Shown here one piece after another: positions 43,898 through 54,347 of a DNA stretch of 64,000 nucleotides. Origin of the DNA: an uncultured Desulfurococcales archaeon (lineage in GTDB: Archaea; Thermoproteota; Thermoprotei_A; Sulfolobales; WANQ01). The notes under the pieces are model-generated. The model did no database searches. It was not told where the DNA came from and was given only the letters and a program-made list of their open reading frames with translations. The DNA lies in NCBI GenBank assembly GCA_964467535.1, contig CAYXRT010000009.1, positions 63-64,062 on the forward strand, in the 5' to 3' direction. The first letter of the stretch is position 1, and each line of letters opens with the position of its first letter. The translations under genes were made by a program, and so were the position numbers.

Positions 43898-45757
43898 TCA
43901 CAATCGCATCCATATACGTTTAACGGCTATATCTATATTGTTAGTTGTTGTATAAAACATATGCTTCATGTTTATACCTAAGAGCTTAAACCAGATGGGC
44001 TCCTTGAATCTTTTGTCACCTAATACTACCAAGGCTTTGTCGCCATCCCTTCTAATAAGCCTTCCTATAGCCTGATTAATTGATATAGCCGTATAATATT
44101 TTAGTGCCGTGAAGTAATCTACATTAAGGTTTTTAGCTAACAGCCTAAGCCTTAGTTTAAGATAATCATCGGGTTTAGGATATGGCAGTCCCGCAAAAAT
44201 TATTGTATTGACGAGACTCTTACCTTCTTTATCTGTAAACTCTATACCCTCTACAAGCTTACCCATGGATACGGCAAGAATTATCGACTTATTATGATGT
44301 CTAATGAATTTTGATACTTCATCTAATGTGGATTTTCTACTTTCAACGAAAATGGGATAACTATATTCTAGCCCACTTCTCAACTTCTCTAGTTCAACAT
44401 AGCTAGGTGCAACAACTAGAATATGTTTTGACGTAGTTTCATATATCTTAGATATTAACTTACAATACTTTTTCACCATAACATGAGATCTCTCGGTATA
44501 TCTACTAGAGACATCTAGTACCAATATCCATTTCTTAAATGAATGAGGGAAGACAGGCCCGTATTCTTCCTCAACATCAATATAATTTACAGTAACACCC
44601 CACGAAGCTTCTAAATATTCCCTTCTAGGTAATGTACCGCTCATGAACACTACTTTTTGAGGAAGAGTCAATATGTCTAGTAGCTGTTTAGGTTCTATAG
44701 GCTTAGCTACAAGATAATTTATGTCCTCAAATTTTCCCCTATACACCTTAAATTTATCTACATGAACTGCTTTAACAAATTCGACTACTCTTCTAACCCA
44801 ATTCGTTTCTAACTCCTCACTTAACAACATGCTTTGTTGTATATCCAGCATAGAGTCTTCTAGGATAAACATTTCATCATCTGTAATGAAGTCATCTATT
44901 TTAACTTCCTCTAATTGTTCTGACTTAGCTTCTTGCATTAATGGTACTAGCTTTTCCTTTAACTTACCGAGTATTTCAATTGCGCTCTTACTCTCCTTAA
45001 TATACTTATTTACTTGGCGTAATGCTTGCTCAAGAATGCCTCTAGTTATTATAATGCTCATCATTTCAGGTAGCTTATCTATATTATGTGCTTCATCTAC
45101 TACTAGAATGGATTTTTCAAGAAGTGATGCTATTGTTGCTTCTCTAATCCTTTTATCAAAAATGTAAGGATACGATACAATTATTATCTCTGAGCTTTCT
45201 AAGGCCTTCTTCATTGAATGATATGGGCATATGGGTGGTATGGTTGTAAATGTTTTCTTAATAGCTGATTGTACATCGTCATATGCTATCAAATTGTTAA
45301 AGATTACTCTTTCATTAACTTTATTCCTAAGAGGACATATCCTACAATCAATATCAATACCTTCAAGTCTATCCCCATACATGGGACAAGAATCCTTCTT
45401 CGCAATTAAGACACTAAACTTCTTCCCCTTAAAGTATCTCTTTAATTCTCTTACATAGACATTCATTTGATTTCTAGTCCTTACAGATATTATAAGCTTT
45501 AAATCTCCTTCTTCTATTAATGGCAGTGTTGATGTAAGTATCATTAAGGTCTTTCCACTACCAGTAGGACTATTTAATGCTATGTATTTTTCATTGCTGT
45601 AAAGTAGTGACCTCATAAGCTTCGCTATTGTGTATGGCTGGTAATGCCTCCATTTAACATTTATGGAGACAAGTGACTTAACAATAGGCTCCACGATCTC
45701 ATATAACTTATATGCTGTGTTACTACATGAAGTTAATAGGCTCTTTATATTCATCAC
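43898..45757 (-). CDS. XPD/Rad3-family Fe-S helicase (divergent)
   Basis: 619 aa. Motif I NSPTGSGKT and DEAH box VVDEAHNI. Four Cys between motifs Ia and II (CPMYG...CRICP...CPYH), spaced as in XPD Fe-S domains. Confidence 0.75.
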   Translation of the reverse strand: MMNIKSLLTSCSNTAYKLYEIVEPIVKSLVSINVKWRHYQPYTIAKLMRSLLYSNEKYIALNSPTGSGKTLMILTSTLPLIEEGDLKLIISVRTRNQMNVYVRELKRYFKGKKFSVLIAKKDSCPMYGDRLEGIDIDCRICPLRNKVNERVIFNNLIAYDDVQSAIKKTFTTIPPICPYHSMKKALESSEIIIVSYPYIFDKRIREATIASLLEKSILVVDEAHNIDKLPEMMSIIITRGILEQALRQVNKYIKESKSAIEILGKLKEKLVPLMQEAKSEQLEEVKIDDFITDDEMFILEDSMLDIQQSMLLSEELETNWVRRVVEFVKAVHVDKFKVYRGKFEDINYLVAKPIEPKQLLDILTLPQKVVFMSGTLPRREYLEASWGVTVNYIDVEEEYGPVFPHSFKKWILVLDVSSRYTERSHVMVKKYCKLISKIYETTSKHILVVAPSYVELEKLRSGLEYSYPIFVESRKSTLDEVSKFIRHHNKSIILAVSMGKLVEGIEFTDKEGKSLVNTIIFAGLPYPKPDDYLKLRLRLLAKNLNVDYFTALKYYTAISINQAIGRLIRRDGDKALVVLGDKRFKEPIWFKLLGINMKHMFYTTTNNIDIAVKRIWMRL

Positions 45758-45858
45758 TATGCGTCCATGAAGTTATTTATCCCATTACTTAATATATAAA
45801 CCTGTACACTTAAAGATCTTCCTAGGAAATAACCACAGTCATATGTTATAATAAGCCT

Positions 45859-47325
45859 ATGTTAAAGGTGAATTTAGTGAGCTTAACAATTATATTAAAT
45901 CCATTGATTTGTTCGTTATTATTCATAATACCATCACTCATACTACTACTTCAATCATTCTCTTACTTCATTTCCCTAAATGGAAAAAGTACATTCAATG
46001 AAAGAGGAATAGTCAAAAGACCTCTTGTGTCTATACTTGTTGCATTTAAAAATGAGCCTCTAGAATTAATCAGAAGATTCATTAATGGAATTTCTAAAGT
46101 GAATTGGCCTAGAGATAAGTTAGAAATCATAATGGTTTCAGACGATCCTATTGATATTGCTACTCGTATTAATAAGATAGTGAAGTCTATGTCTGAAGAA
46201 TTGAAGTTACAGGTAGTACTCTTAAATAGATCCGAAGGAAAAGGTGGTAAAGCAGGTGCCCTAAACTATGGATTAAAGTATTGTAGAGGTAAATACGTAT
46301 TGGTTATGGACATAGACTCAGTAGTTAATAAGGAATTTATCAATAAGGCCGTGAGAATACTGGAATCAGATTATAATGTAGCAGCAGTTGTTGGTAGATG
46401 GAAAGCTCTTAATAAAAATACTAGAATAGCTGAAGGATTAGCTTACTCCATGGAATTTATAGTCGATGCCTCATTCAGAGCATGGTCTAAAATACGTATA
46501 CCTGTTTACACACTAGGCACGGGTACATTATATAGAAAGGAGACTCTAGAAGAGTTGGGTGGCTGGTGCGAGGATCTACTAATGGAAGATCTTGAAATTG
46601 GTATTAGAATAATTAGTAAAGGATACCGTATAATTTATCTTGATGAATGTGAAGTATATGTCGAGGTACCGCCAACATTATATGCCTATAGAATTCAACA
46701 ATATAAATGGTCTTATGGAGCTATCGAATTATTAAGAAAGAGAATTAGATACCTTCTCAAGGCCCCTATACCATGGTACGGTAAGATATTACTTACACAT
46801 TATCCTCTTCAATACCTACCAGTACTAACAACATTTATTGGTGTTATCTTACTCTCCTTAACTGCAGCCGTTTTAGAAGTTGATGTAATTGGATATAGTC
46901 TTGTGTCTCTATCTATATGGCTAGCATCACTTATAATTAATGGCATAGCGTTTAATCATTGTTTAAGTACAAGAGGTATTTCAAAGTATAGGTCCTTAGT
47001 TTTGTCCGGTAGAAATACTGGTTTATTGATATCACAATCACCTTATATATCGATAGCTTTAATTAAAGGCATATTTGGATTAAAGATTAAACGAAGAGTA
47101 ACTCCTAAGGGAAAGTATGCTAGGCAGATCCTTGAAACATATCCCCCTTATGAACTTCTAATCTTCATAGCATTATTGTTGTTCATAGTTATATTAATGT
47201 TGAGAGGCTTAGTATATACGTCATCCTTTATAGCCTTGTATGCTTCGAGCTATGCGTATGCTTTATATAGATGGCATGACGAGATACTTGGAGGTTTGTG
47301 GGTTAAAACTTTCTCCTCCACTTAA
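45859..47325 (+). CDS. Membrane-integrated family 2 glycosyltransferase, processive synthase type
   Basis: 488 aa. MVSDDP, VMDIDS, LMEDLEIG (ED motif) and QQYKWSYG (QxxRW-like), flanked by TM helices on both sides. Confidence 0.85.
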   Translation: MLKVNLVSLTIILNPLICSLLFIIPSLILLLQSFSYFISLNGKSTFNERGIVKRPLVSILVAFKNEPLELIRRFINGISKVNWPRDKLEIIMVSDDPIDIATRINKIVKSMSEELKLQVVLLNRSEGKGGKAGALNYGLKYCRGKYVLVMDIDSVVNKEFINKAVRILESDYNVAAVVGRWKALNKNTRIAEGLAYSMEFIVDASFRAWSKIRIPVYTLGTGTLYRKETLEELGGWCEDLLMEDLEIGIRIISKGYRIIYLDECEVYVEVPPTLYAYRIQQYKWSYGAIELLRKRIRYLLKAPIPWYGKILLTHYPLQYLPVLTTFIGVILLSLTAAVLEVDVIGYSLVSLSIWLASLIINGIAFNHCLSTRGISKYRSLVLSGRNTGLLISQSPYISIALIKGIFGLKIKRRVTPKGKYARQILETYPPYELLIFIALLLFIVILMLRGLVYTSSFIALYASSYAYALYRWHDEILGGLWVKTFSST

Positions 47326-48622
47326 TTCCAAGCAATAATCTTTCAGAACTTAATAGTTTTGTAGCTAAGAATAACAGTATTACAAGATACGCTACTGTTG
47401 CTAGGAGAGATGCCATGAGGACATAATACTCATTAGAGAACATGACCTTTATCGCTATTATTGGTGAAGAGAAGGGAATAATAGCTATTATCATCTTCGA
47501 TGTAAGGTCTAAGGAGGCTAGCTCAAGATATGCTAATGGGAATATCACAAGAAATAATGGTATCCATATAAAACCTGCTATTGATTGCGCTGATCTAACA
47601 TTTTGGGATAATGCTCCAGCAATAAATCCTATTACAGCGACTAGCAGAATTGTTAAGAGAAGGGCTGGTATAATTAATGTCAATTCATTTAAGCTTACTA
47701 TTTCAAATAGTCCTCTAGATGTGATTGAGGATTCTGCTATTTCACTAATTAACGGCTTAGTTTTTACACTCATTATTTTAGTGATATAGAACCAAAATCC
47801 TATACCAGCACTTACTGAAGCTAATAATGATATTATAAAACTCCCTGTGAGTTTGCTTATGAGTATTTCAATTCTATTTACTGGTAACGTCAATAATACT
47901 TCTAATGTCTTTTCTTCTTTTTCAATACCCATTGATGTTGCTGAAATACTTGCTACATATCCTATTACTATTAATGGTACGAAAACTATTGAGAATATCA
48001 TTCCAAATGCGTTACTAAGTATTTCGCTTGGAATAAACTTATTACGGATATACACGTCGCTTATGGATTTAATAGGCTGTATTATAAATTCAGGCTTCAT
48101 TTGGATATTGAATTCTTTAACAATAGTAGTTAGTAGTGTTTTTGAGAAAGCCTGAATAACTCCGCTAATGATGTTTGCCCCCATAATGGAGGATAATGAT
48201 AGTTCTTTGATAATGCTAATCGATCTTATATAAGTTGGTGTGCCACTACTAATATTGTTACTAAAGTCCTTAGGTATTATTATTAATGTTCTTATGTTTT
48301 GTCCTTCTAGAAACTTCAATGCTGCGTGTATGTTCGTAGTATTAAGTATGGTTACATTGGATTGAGGCATTTGCTCCAAAAATTTGATAAACAGTATCGA
48401 GAAAATTCCTTTATCGAAGTTAATAACTGCTACCTTAGTGCCTGTAGTTGTAGCCTGTTCTAGTGCTGATTCCATAGCCCCTGTTATTACAACTCCCATG
48501 ACAATATACATTACCGCTGGTAATAATATTGCGAATATTAATATGTGAGGTTCTCTAAGTAGATCCTTAACTTCTTTTTTAATTAAATCCGTTAAATGGC
48601 TCATGGTATCACGCACTTCCAC
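47303..48622 (-). CDS. ABC-2 type exporter permease
   Basis: 439 aa: one N-terminal TM helix, a large external loop and 5 C-terminal TM helices. Overlaps the upstream ATPase gene by 14 nt. Confidence 0.7.
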   Translation of the reverse strand: MEVRDTMSHLTDLIKKEVKDLLREPHILIFAILLPAVMYIVMGVVITGAMESALEQATTTGTKVAVINFDKGIFSILFIKFLEQMPQSNVTILNTTNIHAALKFLEGQNIRTLIIIPKDFSNNISSGTPTYIRSISIIKELSLSSIMGANIISGVIQAFSKTLLTTIVKEFNIQMKPEFIIQPIKSISDVYIRNKFIPSEILSNAFGMIFSIVFVPLIVIGYVASISATSMGIEKEEKTLEVLLTLPVNRIEILISKLTGSFIISLLASVSAGIGFWFYITKIMSVKTKPLISEIAESSITSRGLFEIVSLNELTLIIPALLLTILLVAVIGFIAGALSQNVRSAQSIAGFIWIPLFLVIFPLAYLELASLDLTSKMIIAIIPFSSPIIAIKVMFSNEYYVLMASLLATVAYLVILLFLATKLLSSERLLLGIKWRRKF

Positions 48623-49343
48623 GTTTAACAGCTATTTCAAATACTTCTTCAAGGTTTTGAGCTCCGTACTTTTTCTTCAACTCTTGAGGTTTACCTTCAT
48701 CAATAATTTTACCTTTATGGATAAGCGCTATTCTATCGCACATATACTCCACTTCAAGCATATTGTGACTTGAAGCAAGTATCGTTACACCATATTTCCT
48801 AGCATATTCCTTTATTATTTTCCTAACATGTAGTGCATGTACTACATCTAATCCAGCTGTAGGTTCATCTAATATTGCTAGCATAGGCTTAACCATTAAT
48901 GTTCTTGCTACAAGAAGCCTTCTCTTCATCCCCTTACTGTACGTCTTAATTTTATCGTCTATTCTATTACCTAAACCAGCTATTTTGATGGCATCTTCAA
49001 CCATCTCTTCAGCATCTTTTTTACTTTTAGCATATAACCGAGCCATAAAGTTAAGATATTCTTGACCACTTAGATTTCTATAGGCACCTGCCTCCTCAGG
49101 CAAGTAGCTTATTATTCTTCGTACCTTGTCAGGTTCCTTTACTACATCATATCCAGCTACAATAACTTTACCGCTCGTCGGTTTTAGGAGTGTTGCAATT
49201 ATTCTAAGTGTTGTTGTTTTACCTGCACCATTAGGTCCTATAAGACCAAAAATTTCTCCTTTACTAATGGTGAATGATATTGAGTCAAGTGCTTTTAGCT
49301 TCCCATAGTATTTGACTAAGTCCTTAACCACTACGATGTCCAA
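48609..49343 (-). CDS. ABC transporter ATP-binding protein (ABC-2/DrrA-like)
   Basis: Walker A GPNGAGKTTTLR, signature YSKGMKRRL, Walker B LAILDEPTAGLD. Confidence 0.9.
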   Translation of the reverse strand: MDIVVVKDLVKYYGKLKALDSISFTISKGEIFGLIGPNGAGKTTTLRIIATLLKPTSGKVIVAGYDVVKEPDKVRRIISYLPEEAGAYRNLSGQEYLNFMARLYAKSKKDAEEMVEDAIKIAGLGNRIDDKIKTYSKGMKRRLLVARTLMVKPMLAILDEPTAGLDVVHALHVRKIIKEYARKYGVTILASSHNMLEVEYMCDRIALIHKGKIIDEGKPQELKKKYGAQNLEEVFEIAVKRGSA

Positions 49344-49432
49344 TTTATCTACACCATTCTATCATGGCATAATATCCAGGTGTTATTTAAGTTTTCTGTA
49401 AGCTAGAATAACTCAGCTTAAGGTTAAGGTAT

Positions 49433-50716
49433 GTGGATATGAGCAGGTACATAGACTTAATAATAGACTTTGTATCTACAGCTCTCTATTTCATTGATAA
49501 GTACCATATTTCGCTTGATAAAGCATTCCAGAAAACTCTAAGAAAAATGGAAAAACGAGTTAAAGGCTATAGTCTAAGACCCTTTTATGAAGTATTGAGA
49601 GATGTTGTGCTAAATTACTATAAATTAAGATATCTTGAAGAGAGAGTCTATGGAGCAATCTATGGTTATAAGCGTTGTATTAAATTATGGATGATATTAT
49701 ATGGTGACAAAATTATCGGTAATGCCAAAATATTAGAGAAATATAAGAAAAAATTGATAAAGAGAATGAACATTAACATAGATGAACTTAAGTTACCGAA
49801 ATATATTAATTTGGCATTATACTACTCCTACCCTTCATGGTTCGTTGACAAATTATCTAGGTTTTTTGATCAAGAAGAACTCTGTAAGTTATTAGAAAAA
49901 TTAAATAGCGAAACTATTTGGATTAGAGTTAATACGCTTAAAATAGATATCGATAAAGCTATTAAACTTCTTGAAGCTAATGGAGTTGAAGTTGAAGAGG
50001 ATAGAGAACTAAGCTACATGTTAAAGGTACTAAACTATAAGAAACCCATATATACACTAGAACTACTTCGTGAAGGATATATTATTACTCAAGATAAAGC
50101 TAGTGCACTAGTCGTTGAAGCGTTGAAGCCTGAGCATGATGAACTAATCTACGATATTTGTGCTGCTCCTGGAGTAAAGACTTCTCTTATAATGCAATTA
50201 ACGGAAAATAAAGCTAGGGTAATAGCTGTAGATATTTCTCGTAAGCGTATTAAAGCACTAAGAAAGTTGCTTAAGGTTTACAATGTTAATCTAGACAAAG
50301 TCGATATTATTTTAGCGGATTCAAGAAATTTCTCAGCATTAAGAAAAGCTGATAAAGTACTTGTTGATGCCCCGTGTACATCCAGCGGTGTGATATTTAA
50401 AGATCCAGCAATAAAAGTTCATATAAAGAACCCCGGCAGAGTTAAATACTACTCTAATGTACAGAAACAATTATTATCTAATGCCATTAATCTAGGTGAT
50501 GTAGTAGTGTATGCTACATGCTCTCTTCTGCCAGATGAAGGCGAAGAGGTAGTTGGATCAGTACTAAGCAAAAATTGTGTTAGACTTATTAAACCTGAAA
50601 TTAGCTGTTGCCCAGGTTATAGAGGTTATAAGTATAGTGAATTCTATTGTAGGACATTTCCACATATTCATGACACAGGCGGGTTCTTTATAGCAGTTCT
50701 CAAGTTAGTAAGCTAG
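49433..50716 (+). CDS. NOL1/NOP2/Sun-family RNA cytosine-C5 methyltransferase
   Basis: 427 aa. SAM motif DICAAPGVKT and catalytic Cys motifs DAPCTSSG and YATCSL. Confidence 0.85.
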   Translation: MDMSRYIDLIIDFVSTALYFIDKYHISLDKAFQKTLRKMEKRVKGYSLRPFYEVLRDVVLNYYKLRYLEERVYGAIYGYKRCIKLWMILYGDKIIGNAKILEKYKKKLIKRMNINIDELKLPKYINLALYYSYPSWFVDKLSRFFDQEELCKLLEKLNSETIWIRVNTLKIDIDKAIKLLEANGVEVEEDRELSYMLKVLNYKKPIYTLELLREGYIITQDKASALVVEALKPEHDELIYDICAAPGVKTSLIMQLTENKARVIAVDISRKRIKALRKLLKVYNVNLDKVDIILADSRNFSALRKADKVLVDAPCTSSGVIFKDPAIKVHIKNPGRVKYYSNVQKQLLSNAINLGDVVVYATCSLLPDEGEEVVGSVLSKNCVRLIKPEISCCPGYRGYKYSEFYCRTFPHIHDTGGFFIAVLKLVS

Positions 50717-51382
50717 GCTACGCGTTATTCTTAAAATATTTGATTTAATTATATTCCATATAATTCTATGGCTTCTTGTAGTGCCATATACCTTTACACG
50801 TCCATGCTTAATAGCACTAATAAGATCGTCATATGTTTCAATATTCTCATAACATATTAATCCAACTCTACCTACTTCACTTAATAAATGAGCATCACTA
50901 CCACCAGTAATGTTCTTTGAAATTTTTATCGCTAGTTTATACGCCTTTAAGTTACTAATAAAAGGCAACCTACCATTTATTACTTCAATAGCATCGATAT
51001 TGTTAATTAAGTCACTTTTTATAATGTTGAATGGCATAATGAGAAATTTTCCATAAGGATGAGCTATAGATGTGAGATAATCATTCTGTTTAATATAATC
51101 TAAGAGGTCTTCAACATGTGTGATACTAAGTACATTCGGATCGAGACTATCCATATACACTAATAAATGGCCTTGAGGCGTGTCAAGTTCTACTCCATAT
51201 ATTATCAATATATCATTACTCTTATCAATTGCGTTATATGCCGCAATACTGTTGTGGTCGGTTATAGAGATTACCCTTAATCCTCTTATCTTAGCGTATT
51301 TTATTACTTCGTTGGGAGTTGCTAGTCCATCAGAGTATATGGTATGTATATGAAGGTCTAGCAGTGCTTCCTCCATTGTCAT
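50705..51382 (-). CDS. PHP-domain metal-dependent phosphoesterase
   Basis: 225 aa. DLHIHTIYSDG at the N-terminus, ITDHN, and GGSDAH. Confidence 0.8.
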   Translation of the reverse strand: MTMEEALLDLHIHTIYSDGLATPNEVIKYAKIRGLRVISITDHNSIAAYNAIDKSNDILIIYGVELDTPQGHLLVYMDSLDPNVLSITHVEDLLDYIKQNDYLTSIAHPYGKFLIMPFNIIKSDLINNIDAIEVINGRLPFISNLKAYKLAIKISKNITGGSDAHLLSEVGRVGLICYENIETYDDLISAIKHGRVKVYGTTRSHRIIWNIIKSNILRITRSLAY

Positions 51383-51693
51383 TACATTAATTTCTTAAGA
51401 GCTTCATATCCTTTCATGCCTTCATTTACTCCCAATTCCCTAGCCTTTGATGTCACATACTTAACCTCTTTTGTTAACATATCCTTAAAGTCCTTAACAC
51501 CAGTTATAACAGCAGCTGCATCGCCTAGTCTTTCAGCAACTTCGATATTTAGGTAACCGCACATCAAGTATCCTTTTTCACCTCTAATCACGAGCAATGG
51601 TGCTTTACCTAGTTCTATCTTTACACCTATTGCTCTCCTTCCGTCAACGTCGATAATTTCTATCTTTGCCATAGGAAGGTCCAAATAGCTCAC
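51382..51693 (-). CDS. DUF1805 (YunC-like) protein
   Basis: 103 aa. APLLVIRGEKGYLMCGYLNIEVAERLGDAAAVITGV matches the DUF1805 pattern as I recall it. 1-nt overlap with the PHP gene. Confidence 0.55.
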   Translation of the reverse strand: MSYLDLPMAKIEIIDVDGRRAIGVKIELGKAPLLVIRGEKGYLMCGYLNIEVAERLGDAAAVITGVKDFKDMLTKEVKYVTSKARELGVNEGMKGYEALKKLM

Positions 51694-51731
51694 CTCATTA
51701 AAATATTATTGTAGTAAGGGGTAAAGTATAG

Positions 51732-52247
51732 TCATGTCGTATAATTTATCGTACTTAATGAAAGGACGTAAAGTATCAGCATAATTGCCATATTCATATT
51801 ATTTAACTCTACTTTTAAGTTAATTTGTTTAGAAGCTAGCTTACTCCACATGATATATAGGATGTTTTCTAGGTCTTTAATCGTATCCTCATTTACTTCT
51901 CCTACTTCGTATAGTTCATAATATGTGTATAGTTTTACAAGTAATTCATAGAAAGCATCTTCGCCTATATCATCAATTATAGTCCAGAGAGGCTTAACCA
52001 CGACCCCTTCAATATACTTTGATATCTTACTGGTATAAGGAATACCAATAAATAATGATAACCATCTACTTATGTAATTATTTAAGCTTAACTTAAGCTC
52101 CTTGCACTCTATACCTAGGTGCTCTAATACATTTATCATAGTAACTAATCTAACGATATCTTCAGCTAAGTCCAATATAAAGTCTTCATGATCCAATGTT
52201 ACATATTTATCTGCTATTGAGGACTCTTCGGTTTTAACCAACGTCAA
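51732..52247 (-). CDS. Hypothetical protein
   Basis: 171-aa ORF, helical and acidic, with a hydrophobic C-terminus. No motif recognised. Confidence 0.4.
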   Translation of the reverse strand: MTLVKTEESSIADKYVTLDHEDFILDLAEDIVRLVTMINVLEHLGIECKELKLSLNNYISRWLSLFIGIPYTSKISKYIEGVVVKPLWTIIDDIGEDAFYELLVKLYTYYELYEVGEVNEDTIKDLENILYIMWSKLASKQINLKVELNNMNMAIMLILYVLSLSTINYTT

Positions 52248-52428
52248 GATTTCGCCTCAAATGTAAGGTTTAACTTACTTAATGAATTTAAAAAATCAAC
52301 TGCATGTATTACATACATTCCTGATTTAGGTTAATTTAATAAATTTTAAATGAAATTTCATTAGCGAAACATTTAACAATTACTATTTTAAATCTTTAGG
52401 CATAGTAATTATACTATGGTGTAGGAAG

Positions 52429-53589
52429 TTGAATTCTGATATAGTGATAATAGCTTATCTAACTAAACATCGCAAAATAAATGAAGTCATTGAAGCTATA
52501 AAAAGTGGTATGGAGAGCTATCTCTCCGGTAAAGACTATGAAATAGTAATAGTTAATGCCAGTGATAGACCATTAAGTATAGAGAAGAGTCATGTCGTTA
52601 AGAATTATAATATTACAAGTAATATAGTTAATGAATTCCTATTTAAGATAGTAAGAGTCGCTGCAATTAATTTACCTAAGTCAATAGTTATAATTAACGG
52701 AGATAATAGGAGATTAAATGAAGACATTGTTGGAGGAATAGCTGCTCCGACCTTAATTCACGGATTCATCCTTCCCTTATACTTTAAAGTAAATCCATGC
52801 TATTATCCCGCTTATAGCCTTATAACATACCCTCTAATGCTTATGTTGTATGGATTGAACATTACATTCACATTTCCATTAGATTTTAGTCTAGGGTTGG
52901 ATGTAGTTAAGCTAATTAATGAATACGATTATGCTAATATGGTTACATGTAACTTCAATCTAGGTAGTATATTAATGTTAATAGCATTAAGTAATGGTAT
53001 TGATATAGCCTTGACCCATATGCCCTCACCTGACATAGAATATGAAGAATATTATAAAAAAGACTTAAATATGTACGTGAAAGAGCTTCTACCTCTGTTT
53101 AATATGCTATATGAATTTGAAGATTCTTGGCTGAAAATTAAAGTTAAGCTTTCTTATCCTACTGAGGTATATGTAGCTAAGAGGACATTAGAGAATAGGG
53201 TAAAACCTAGGATTAACGCTGAGGAAATGATCAGTGAAGCTAAAAATTATTTGAATAGATATGCGTCTATTCATAGTGTAATACTAGGAGAAATTGCAAG
53301 TGATATATTAAGACAGTTCTCTATAACAAAACCTGAAGAACTCAACATAAGTGACGAACTTTGGGCAAAAATAACAATAAACTACATGATAGCTACATTA
53401 AGAGAAAGGAGAGTGCTCCGTAAAATTAAGTTAATAGAAGCTCTAGCTAACCTAACTCTACTAAAAGCTGCCCAATTAGTTAGTGAACTAGAAAAATTAG
53501 AAAACATCAGAGAGAGAATGCTTAAACTTGGAGAGAAGTTCATTGAAATCAGGGAAGAATTCATAAACCTTTATTCAGAGCTAATGTAA
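52429..53589 (+). CDS. Hypothetical protein (weak GT-A-like N-terminus, hydrophobic middle, long helical C-terminus)
   Basis: 386-aa ORF with TTG start. IVIIAY...YEIVIVNASD resembles a nucleotide-sugar-binding beta-alpha-beta, but no DxD was seen. Its stop overlaps the start of the Cas4-like gene. Confidence 0.5.
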   Translation: MNSDIVIIAYLTKHRKINEVIEAIKSGMESYLSGKDYEIVIVNASDRPLSIEKSHVVKNYNITSNIVNEFLFKIVRVAAINLPKSIVIINGDNRRLNEDIVGGIAAPTLIHGFILPLYFKVNPCYYPAYSLITYPLMLMLYGLNITFTFPLDFSLGLDVVKLINEYDYANMVTCNFNLGSILMLIALSNGIDIALTHMPSPDIEYEEYYKKDLNMYVKELLPLFNMLYEFEDSWLKIKVKLSYPTEVYVAKRTLENRVKPRINAEEMISEAKNYLNRYASIHSVILGEIASDILRQFSITKPEELNISDELWAKITINYMIATLRERRVLRKIKLIEALANLTLLKAAQLVSELEKLENIRERMLKLGEKFIEIREEFINLYSELM

Positions 53590-54347
53590 TGGTTCTTATA
53601 ATGGAAAAGGGATTTACTAGACTAAAAAATTACCTGAAAGAATTAAATGAAGGAATACTAAGAGCCAATAAACCGCTCAGATTCGGTTTAGGCTTTTTAA
53701 GGGTATCCGAACTCATTCAACAATTATATTGCGAACTTAAATTACATTATACTTACTCTCAAGGAGTTGAACCTGAATATAAGAGGAGATATATCATTAG
53801 AAAAATGCTTGATATATATCTTAATGCTGAGAAGAAAGCTAAGGCTACTAATGGTAATTTTTATGTCAAGTTACCTTTAATAGCCCCTATTAGAGAAATA
53901 CCCGTAATTGGATCTCCGGATGCGATATTTTTTGAAAGATATAACCCTAAGATTATTTTAAGGATAAGGAAAAGTCGAAGCCTTAAGATATATCCTGAAG
54001 ATGAAGCTAGAGGGTTAATTTATGGTGCTTTACTCGAAAAACTAGGGTTTAAGATCAATGACTTAAAATACGTAATTATTATAGCTAAGGATCTTGAAGG
54101 ATTATTAGAACTCATTCCATCGATAAGTAAAAGCATTGTTAAAAGGGAAAGGATAAGTATAAAGGAAAAGCATAATGTCCGCATAGCAGTTAGAGTATAC
54201 AATAGTAAGGAAGCCGAAGAATTAATAAATTATCTACTTAGCTATTGGGAAATGCTAAGAGAGCCTAGACCCAATCCTTCAAAAAGTAAATGTTATTTAT
54301 GTAAATATTCAAGAATATGTCCCTATTCTTCATTAGAATCTAGATAG
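53589..54347 (+). CDS. Cas4/DUF83-like PD-(D/E)xK-fold protein with four-Cys Fe-S signature (stand-alone, no CRISPR nearby)
   Basis: 252 aa. Cys in QQLYCELK plus C-terminal CYLCKYSRIC (Cx2Cx5C), the Cas4 cluster pattern. GSPDAIFFE supplies the Asp strand, but the expected ExK strand reads ILRIRKS. Confidence 0.55.
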   Translation: MVLIMEKGFTRLKNYLKELNEGILRANKPLRFGLGFLRVSELIQQLYCELKLHYTYSQGVEPEYKRRYIIRKMLDIYLNAEKKAKATNGNFYVKLPLIAPIREIPVIGSPDAIFFERYNPKIILRIRKSRSLKIYPEDEARGLIYGALLEKLGFKINDLKYVIIIAKDLEGLLELIPSISKSIVKRERISIKEKHNVRIAVRVYNSKEAEELINYLLSYWEMLREPRPNPSKSKCYLCKYSRICPYSSLESR

